From the IMG/VR virus record IMGVR_UViG_3300029448_000009, positions 21,155 to 85,154 of that record: a DNA stretch of 64,000 bases. One strand, 5' to 3'. This document shows positions 59,501 to 64,000 of the stretch, piece by piece (position 1 is the stretch's first letter; the number at the start of each line of letters is the position of its first letter). The notes beneath the pieces were generated by a model, which saw only the letters and a program-made list of their open reading frames with translations, had not been told where the DNA came from and did no database searches. The DNA comes from a virus. The position numbers were made by a program, and so were the translations under genes.

Positions 59501-59769
59501 TCAGTAAATGTTGTGTTAAATGTTAAAAATAAAATAACTCTATCATCATTAATTTCTATAGATCCTATTACAATAGAACCTTCAGGTAATATTTCTGTAT
59601 TGTCAGGTAAACCAGGTTTACTTTTTTTAGAAAGAAGCTCCATTCCATGCTCATTTGACAATACTCCGTCTACAGGATGTATTTGTATGTTTCTAGCATA
59701 TCTCCATGTTCCTTCGGGCTGATCCATATGCCCTGTATCTTTAGAAAGTCCTTTTATATACTTACCCAT
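53503..59769 (-). CDS. Tail stabilisation (hub/nozzle) protein, crAss-like P22 gp10 analog
   Basis: 2088 aa. KGLSKD...WRYARN, YWVDNVNPPRAMNI, KGYTRDEVYAFYI, IFGGDTFI, GYGGTQSQFA, WTASYS..SWISFHDYTP. Confidence 0.75.
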   Translation of the reverse strand: MGKYIKGLSKDTGHMDQPEGTWRYARNIQIHPVDGVLSNEHGMELLSKKSKPGLPDNTEILPEGSIVIGSIEINDDRVILFLTFNTTFTDLEFDVEYNSEIGILENDSYTTLFRPNRDTINTTVSLTGTDFNLNFNQNHFIEGTYKINPDGELFVYWVDNVNPPRAMNITRQQEWLNNSGGVGQPFERLYGLDPESTSNPSHIRMLDLFPSSGPVPHVEFNSINPGGNLLTGVYFLALAYVDRDLVATNYVTLANPISIVEDIEGVLPIERYDGAPAAVPSGKSITWNVSNLNTDYEYLRPVVIRKSDGKRTTFKLNDLPIKNVAGAVSLNSVTFTGLEGFNGFDNVEDVIVDTVSYETAKTINQLDGSLYLGNVKGSKDVGYQPYANYISSRPALHPFPFFDPHEATIDVLEHGYIESSPENLQGGNIESRSQGFRHNKNIYKYKGYTRDEVYAFYIAFILNDGTESYAYHIPGRAPLRLNELNSTGAFQYESIPTYNFNNSIIDANNTLADPDINAFGLWESCDIYPLDPDNALRQITNNKGRAFHFFETSMLEGSRNMNYWQNTGERYPTDELNAFNWEILNASTPGRNEGSLAGRRVRHHHFPSNENAEYQSIHSNTSTIDIVLDVKEVYSIDFRWGSDRVTRLGVGIVQALPNNQTIFGKLAELYEGISDSGSQAEGYMNGDLDITEVAALLGADGFTGDNQNGDEKDIRYIFDTNNNSQTFMFYELNADDSTVYPQIGDKISANWLNTDVDGTQTVGAYASESSSDAALGPYFPDDHLMDNSNYDTSTYGSGEYTFKQSRNESQDDMVNRKSAGACKKRGGRSRYSTGCISTKKKSIARNYRTQAGAMGDVPYDYEQNNFSNAYNSSKLTVVLVDKRKKYIVARAKDKNLDGHFELDNNRMQATQCRGWVHWKSQNLSATDGGYIAHYVRSLGVQFEDLKVPQEIWEKTQGFRIYYANREHHDRRILGQNTLNPYATTEDPIVPACTNSISDFSEISDESYGLDSSSKQSKEHWWINFPYNLEETAYVLPNPADAGMTYGYQALSFHDFYLMRGHGPSGSGEARKSITAATHLKLDYIVENIAFSGPYMPQNVGDGYAECHKTYGSTTYGPVVNGMQTSFNFYSPSQSQDPAVGIFNGGTDSFNLYQWLQTSGTHVDLNRPIKERGKTYLNGDSIYNGKQLGFGRKTWNNFGESHISLLLNEKFGTLPAFNLPTTLPWIDPEAASDAFFEPHIGKNNFQPFLYQANMHAFRLDMYNPFDKQDLVWTGYEVTGDDYDWFKVDDIGNPIENLPAINYLTSDTYDNVINAGGQHPSLHVGNIAGAANPDYPNSELNKQTNPPIEEGGVFDYTGGGETFYAPTDQVMTIKDYIKVASQPALDKFRTGHIFGGDTFISRHGYRKTGRLNLVDLAGSPMNDVRRRDLRYIYHTIVESTDNINFRHVDNRKDSYFPGTPAKDVLLLKNTTDGTDVDNMKYNEDYSSVNSIGSTVPLPIQISQPTSFPNRVIRSATSDDSTLLDNYRIFLALQFKDLPKNRGDLWKISVFNNLLYFHMEDSIFRTKGKQTMQMADQSEAFIGSGDLFAQPPEELKQTEAGYGGTQSQFATTVGDFGYFYVDQRNASVHMIADQIYDISSVGLEKWFQTNLPYKLKVFGKVNYPDNPLSFGFTSVYDEIYQRVLLTKRELIPSALFLQGWQNFIDQNDTDPIGMIQYIPANSTGNANGVSNASDQFIIKLPDIDPDPNFLGEAGEQDNPWTILPVEDEPYRGNGRNYFQRDGWTASYSPKLQSWISFHDYTPYLYTYTSSALYSFKQFPTMTSRGNVHSNIWKHNYTSTKGTYYGRTYPSEIEIIHNENKFVNKLFYNFCWITDRTSQAQDSNDDYGGCPQCGIAGGSDNAYPDVDYTANLLTTKTHGPGFDKFVLYNSHQASGVINIEELLNARKNGCEWCINKFRDLTRESSPNFLSEGRNNDLYYALHTPNMFSAQIGGLDAEGEELDIGGVMVDGGGSLISTPPNQLPLWIISDMHETFNNSAVYSKITAIPRPRKFIDKWLAIRLITSNTASFLVNLYSTEVGARKFHRHEQNQQK

Positions 59770-60743
59770 TACATTGATCTATTTAAATTTTCTCTTGTAC
59801 CTAGCTCTTCAAAAAATACACTATGTGCATTAACGTCTGGAACAAGTCTTACCCATTGATTCATAAAACTATCCATTTTATCTATATCAGGAAAATTAGC
59901 ATTTGCTCTAGCCTGTGAACAATACTTCATCCATTTCTGATCTGCATAATTATAATCAATTTTATTAGTAGGTTTGTCCCACCCTCCTAATAATAACTGT
60001 TTAAATATGTACCAAAACATAGCTTCTTTATAACTTATATCATCTGGTACTAAAGGAAAACAATCTTCGTCTACAGGAAACGCTGTATATGATAAACATA
60101 TTTGTCCTGAAGCAAAAGATGTTTTTATATAATCATAATCAATTATATAAGAATCTTTAGCATTTGATACTTCATTTACACAATCTACACAGTGTATAGA
60201 TTCTGGAAAAGTGCTAGCTCCATAACATAGTGGTACTAAGTTAGCACTTGATCCATCAATTTTGTTGTTAAAAAACATCCCCTCTAAAACAATAATCCTG
60301 CTGTTAATTTCATTTAATTCTAAGACATTGCTTTTATACTGAGTATCATATGTTTCTAAATCTGTAGCAGTAATACTAGATGTATATGTACCATCTGCAG
60401 ATTTAACTACTTCACTTTCTAATGTTTTATTATACTCTTGTACAGTTGATTTTAATGTTTTTACTTTGTTTGTTAACGTTTCTAATTCAGATGCTATAGA
60501 AGGTTTAACTAAACTGTTTACTGCTACCTGGTTAATATAATATAAATCGTTAGGTAATAATGCTTTATTATCTTTAATGTGCAGTACAGTCTTTTTTGTA
60601 GCTAATTGAGCAGCAGAGCCTATATGCTCTAATGCCTCTCCTATCCACTCTATTGCATCATCTACCCAATTATCATCATTAGGTTTTAGATCACGCATTA
60701 CTTTTCTAATAATACTTTTACTTGATGTATTTCTGTAAATCAT
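59769..60743 (-). CDS. Tail tubular (ring) protein, crAss-like P22 gp4 analog
   Basis: DAIEWIGEALEHIG...YIKTSFASGQICLSY.AFPVDEDCFPLVPD...EAMFWYI, directly upstream of the stabilisation gene. Confidence 0.75.
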   Translation of the reverse strand: MIYRNTSSKSIIRKVMRDLKPNDDNWVDDAIEWIGEALEHIGSAAQLATKKTVLHIKDNKALLPNDLYYINQVAVNSLVKPSIASELETLTNKVKTLKSTVQEYNKTLESEVVKSADGTYTSSITATDLETYDTQYKSNVLELNEINSRIIVLEGMFFNNKIDGSSANLVPLCYGASTFPESIHCVDCVNEVSNAKDSYIIDYDYIKTSFASGQICLSYTAFPVDEDCFPLVPDDISYKEAMFWYIFKQLLLGGWDKPTNKIDYNYADQKWMKYCSQARANANFPDIDKMDSFMNQWVRLVPDVNAHSVFFEELGTRENLNRSM

Positions 60744-60747
60744 AATT

Positions 60748-61191
60748 TTAACATTTCCACTTTCTCAGTGATTTATTTATTCTTGAATCAGGATCATTTG
60801 CTGTTTTACTGCTTGTAAGTTTTCTTTTCATTCCTTTCATTCTTGCACAAAAAGATCTTTTTCTTGATCCTCCTCCTGGTTGAGGAGCAGCTAATTTACT
60901 TCCTGGATTAGCTCTTCTATACGAAGCTCTACCTTTAGCATTTAATCCTCCACTAGGACTCTTACCTTCTTTTCTTTGCCATGCAGGACTTTTAACTCCT
61001 CCAGATCTCATACAATCTGCACACCCCCCATATCTTTTTTTTGCAGTTTTTGCAGAATCTTTTAATGCTTTATCTGACACACTTCCTTTACCTGGTTTAG
61101 ATTTACCTAATCTTTTTGCTCTGTTCATATAATAATACAAACCTTTTTTTGCTTTACGACCGTCTTTTGTTATGTGATATTTACTTGCCAT
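60748..61191 (-). CDS. Highly basic protein with DUF6321-like C-terminal domain
   Basis: AWQRKEGKSPSGGLNAKGRASY...RKRSFCARM...DPDSRINKSLRKWKC. Confidence 0.7.
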   Translation of the reverse strand: MASKYHITKDGRKAKKGLYYYMNRAKRLGKSKPGKGSVSDKALKDSAKTAKKRYGGCADCMRSGGVKSPAWQRKEGKSPSGGLNAKGRASYRRANPGSKLAAPQPGGGSRKRSFCARMKGMKRKLTSSKTANDPDSRINKSLRKWKC

Positions 61192-61661
61192 TACTTTTTA
61201 AATTTTAAATAAGCTAATTCATCTGTGTGTAATAATTTAATTAGCTTTTCTTTGTTTCCCTTTAATCCTCTTGTGGGAGTAAATTTATATGCAGATTTGT
61301 TTGGTATACGGCATCTTCCTTTGTTCCAATAATACCTACAATAAAAACCATCTGTATAATATATGTGCCATTTTATTCCTTTGTCTGTTTCTTTATTAAA
61401 TAATATCTGCCCATCATCTAATAATTCTTTTTTATATTTATTACTTTCTCCCCAATCAATTCTAGGCGATCTAGGATCTCTACTTGTTCTTTTTATAGAG
61501 AGGGTAGATAAATTATTACCCATGTTAAATGTTCCTCCTTCTAATATGCTATCTATTGTTAAAATATTAAAATCTGAACATATAGCTTTAAATATAGTTT
61601 TATCTATATCTTCTTCTGTTTCACAATAATAATTATATATATCTTCTAAAGTATAATTCAT
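61191..61661 (-). CDS. crAss-like IHF/HU-related protein of the tail module
   Basis: FKAICSDFN...ILEGGTFNMGNNLSTLSI...IDWGES...YYWNK..C...YKFTPTR. Confidence 0.55.
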   Translation of the reverse strand: MNYTLEDIYNYYCETEEDIDKTIFKAICSDFNILTIDSILEGGTFNMGNNLSTLSIKRTSRDPRSPRIDWGESNKYKKELLDDGQILFNKETDKGIKWHIYYTDGFYCRYYWNKGRCRIPNKSAYKFTPTRGLKGNKEKLIKLLHTDELAYLKFKK

Positions 61662-62356
61662 TATTGTTTTTTAGCAGGGCCTGGTATACCTCCTGTCATA
61701 TCTTGTGCTTGATCTGCTAAAGTATCACTTGTTGTTCCTAATAATAGTTGTAGTTCTCCACTTGCCATTCCTGCTGTAATAGCTTGTATCATATCTGCAG
61801 GAATTGGGAAAGGTTTACTATCATCCCAACATACCCCATTCTCACACTGAAAGTCTTTAAGATCTTCAGGATTTTCAAATGCTCCTCTAACGTTTACAAA
61901 CTTTAAACCTTTTGCATTATAAATATATAAATGATCTTCAATCATATATCCTTTATGTTTATTTGAAGTATACTTATCATGAGGTAACCACTTTACCATA
62001 TGATTGTCAATAACAGGGATAGTTTCTATCCCCGTTACGTCTCCTACATAGGTTAAGCCTTCTTTAAAATTAAATCGCACAGTTCTTGGGATCTTTTTAA
62101 TAGTCCTAGATACAGAACATGATACAGGTAAATCACAACATTTAGATGGATTTACTTCTTCTAATTCTAGGCATCCTAGATCTTGTTCTATATGACGAGT
62201 AACTATACCATTTCTAGCAAAGTCTCTACGAATCATCATAGCTCTGTAATGTTTTATATTAAATTTAATTTGAGATAAAGAAATGTGCTCACTTTGATTG
62301 GGCCTTCCTCCTCTAACTAAATTTAGTATATTATATGCAATTTCATTTAAAGTCAT
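61661..62356 (-). CDS. crAss-like structural (tail ring) protein
   Basis: MTLNEIAYNIL...SQIKFNIKHYRAMMI...QDLGCLEL...VRGAFENP...FPIPADM. Confidence 0.65.
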   Translation of the reverse strand: MTLNEIAYNILNLVRGGRPNQSEHISLSQIKFNIKHYRAMMIRRDFARNGIVTRHIEQDLGCLELEEVNPSKCCDLPVSCSVSRTIKKIPRTVRFNFKEGLTYVGDVTGIETIPVIDNHMVKWLPHDKYTSNKHKGYMIEDHLYIYNAKGLKFVNVRGAFENPEDLKDFQCENGVCWDDSKPFPIPADMIQAITAGMASGELQLLLGTTSDTLADQAQDMTGGIPGPAKKQ

Positions 62357-62357
62357 T

Positions 62358-63488
62358 TTATATTACGTTTGTTTGTAGGTATCCTTCATATCCTCGTTCT
62401 TTACTCCAAATATGAGCTTGTGCTGTTCTTCTAGCTTCATAACCCATACCTTTGTGCCAACTGTCATTAGAGCATATAGATGGTAAGAATCTTACCTTTA
62501 TACCTCTATATTCATTTACCATTTCCTTATGTAAATGTCCACAGTGGGCTTCACGAAATTCACACCTAGAGAACATTAAAGGTTGCTCAGTTGCCATTAT
62601 AAGCGGCATTTCAGCAGGTTTCTCTTTATCTCCATGGGTAAACATTATCATATTTTTTCCGTATTCAAAGTACTTTCTTTGCTCAAGATCATTATCTACT
62701 GATACATTTTTATCATTTTTATACCAGCCTGATATTACATCTCCTGCATAGAACATTCTTTCAAAGTCATGATTACCAGATATTACTATAACATGTACAG
62801 GTGCTATTTCTTTTAAATGATCTATAGCTCGTACCATTAATCTCCAGTAACCTCGAAAAGTATCTTTCCAATCAGCTACATCTTGTTGAGGTGTGCCTTT
62901 TGTAGTTGCTTGTCTCATACCTTCTGAGTTCATTCCATCATTACCAATAGGTAATAAAAACTTCTCAATGTTTAGGCCTGATCCTTTATGTACTAAATCT
63001 TGTACGCAGTTCATAAAGTTAGCTTCTAACTCTTCTAATGTTTCTCCAGTCATTTTACCGTAATGTATATCTGGTAAAGATATCTCATAAACACAAGGAT
63101 CTTTTAAATCTTGTCTTTTAATCTTAGTAACTTTAGGACTGTATTGAGCTGCAAAATCTTCTATTTCTTTTTTAAGCTCATGTTTACTTTTTTCATCTCC
63201 TTTAGTTACTACAGAGAACCTTTGCTGTCCAGACATTGTCTGCCAAAATTTAACAGACTTTACATCATCAGGTGCAATTTCATTTTTGTCAAGGAACGTT
63301 TGAAATTCAGTGATAACACTTTCATTTTCATTAGTTACACTACCGTCTTTAGCTTCTATTCTTGCTTCTTTCAAAGCATGTCTACAAGTTTCTACACTGC
63401 AGTTTAGTTTTTCTGATAAACGTTCGGCTCCCTCTTTAAGGTAACCAGGCTTTTCAGAAAGGAAAGCCTTAATTTCATTTTTAGTCAT
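62358..63488 (-). CDS. Calcineurin-like metallophosphoesterase with N-terminal HTH-like region
   Basis: PDIHYG, GND, SGNHD, THGD, GHLH. Confidence 0.85.
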   Translation of the reverse strand: MTKNEIKAFLSEKPGYLKEGAERLSEKLNCSVETCRHALKEARIEAKDGSVTNENESVITEFQTFLDKNEIAPDDVKSVKFWQTMSGQQRFSVVTKGDEKSKHELKKEIEDFAAQYSPKVTKIKRQDLKDPCVYEISLPDIHYGKMTGETLEELEANFMNCVQDLVHKGSGLNIEKFLLPIGNDGMNSEGMRQATTKGTPQQDVADWKDTFRGYWRLMVRAIDHLKEIAPVHVIVISGNHDFERMFYAGDVISGWYKNDKNVSVDNDLEQRKYFEYGKNMIMFTHGDKEKPAEMPLIMATEQPLMFSRCEFREAHCGHLHKEMVNEYRGIKVRFLPSICSNDSWHKGMGYEARRTAQAHIWSKERGYEGYLQTNVI

Positions 63489-63512
63489 TGTATATAAATT
63501 GGTTGGTTTTAT

Positions 63513-63704
63513 TTATTTTTTACTTGCTTTAGCTCTTGCAACTACATCAGCAAAGTTTTTTTCGCTTCCTTCTAATTTACCTCCGTCTCTTTTTATTACT
63601 CCTCTTCCTTTTAAAATATCTGCTCTAGTTACTTTACCGTCACCAGTTAAATCAGGAAATTTTTTCTTTCCTCCTTTTTTCATCATTGTTTTTTTACCGT
63701 ACAT
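63513..63704 (-). CDS. Small basic protein with an EF-hand/dockerin-like loop
   Basis: FPDLTGDGKVTRADIL, flanked by MKKGG and KRDGG. Confidence 0.6.
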   Translation of the reverse strand: MYGKKTMMKKGGKKKFPDLTGDGKVTRADILKGRGVIKRDGGKLEGSEKNFADVVARAKASKK

Positions 63705-63708
63705 ATAA

Positions 63709-64000
63709 TTATTTTTTAATCTTTTCTACTGATCTTCCTCCAAAATACGCACCTATTACAGTGATCAGTGTTAACTGTAATAAATCCGTCCACTTTTCTT
63801 CTACGGTAAAGGATAAAAATCCTCCGTCTACAAAGATAAGCAACATTGTGCAAACTATCAAAAATATAAGAACTAATGGTCTTACATTTTTACTTAGCCA
63901 AGAATCAGAAGCCATATCTGCCTTCCAACGATCTGTTACATTTTTTTGTAACTCGGCTTCAGAATCTAGTAACATTTTTTTCATAGCATTTTTTAATGCA
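63709..64000 (-). CDS. Holin (3TM gene-transfer-release family-like); 5' end is outside the window
   Basis: RWKADMASDSWLSKNVRPL, two hydrophobic segments, and YFGGRSVEK. The frame stays open to the right edge. Confidence 0.75.
   Translation of the reverse strand, partial: ALKNAMKKMLLDSEAELQKNVTDRWKADMASDSWLSKNVRPLVLIFLIVCTMLLIFVDGGFLSFTVEEKWTDLLQLTLITVIGAYFGGRSVEKIKK

Noticed and set aside
1-64000. Stop-codon reassignment (TAG or TGA recoding, known in some crAss-like phages)
   Set aside because: All long genes, including the 14.3-kb ORF, are intact in the standard code. TAG and TGA serve as real stops, and I saw no suppressor tRNA.
28017-64000. Diversity-generating retroelement, invertase or integrase
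   Set aside because: No reverse transcriptase or recombinase motifs, and no template/variable repeat pair noticed by eye.

Overview
This is a 64-kb, AT-rich segment of a crAss-like phage genome (Crassvirales-type podovirus) read with the standard genetic code. The host is probably Bacteroidota, likely an environmental flavobacterium, based on TAnnTTTG promoters and A-rich start regions without Shine-Dalgarno sites. There are three modules. (1) 1-9044, minus strand: head and packaging genes (GroES, HU/IHF-like protein, putative TerS, thermonuclease, TerL, portal, and a scaffold-like gene that runs off the left edge toward the expected major capsid gene). (2) 9597-27981, plus strand: early genes and a complete replication block (family A DNA polymerase, DnaA-domain-IV-like HTH protein, SF2 helicase, DnaB, Sak4-like ATPase, SSB, primase, endonuclease, rIIA/rIIB, 5'-3' exonuclease, DUF1599). 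(3) 28017-64000, minus strand: tail and ejection genes (holin, metallophosphoesterase, ring proteins, tail stabilisation protein, cargo proteins, a 4777-aa virion RNA polymerase polyprotein with a DFDID motif, and a 1686-aa protein with a nuclease domain). The most notable unexplained signals are: a tandem (Y/F)xxGG linker shared by several late proteins, which separates modules including two pre-toxin-TG-like segments; a fixed-spacing late promoter architecture found twice; a ~230-nt structured non-coding element at the strand switch; and an N4-like GNA-triloop hairpin before the first early gene. All product calls come from motif recognition by eye, with no database search.
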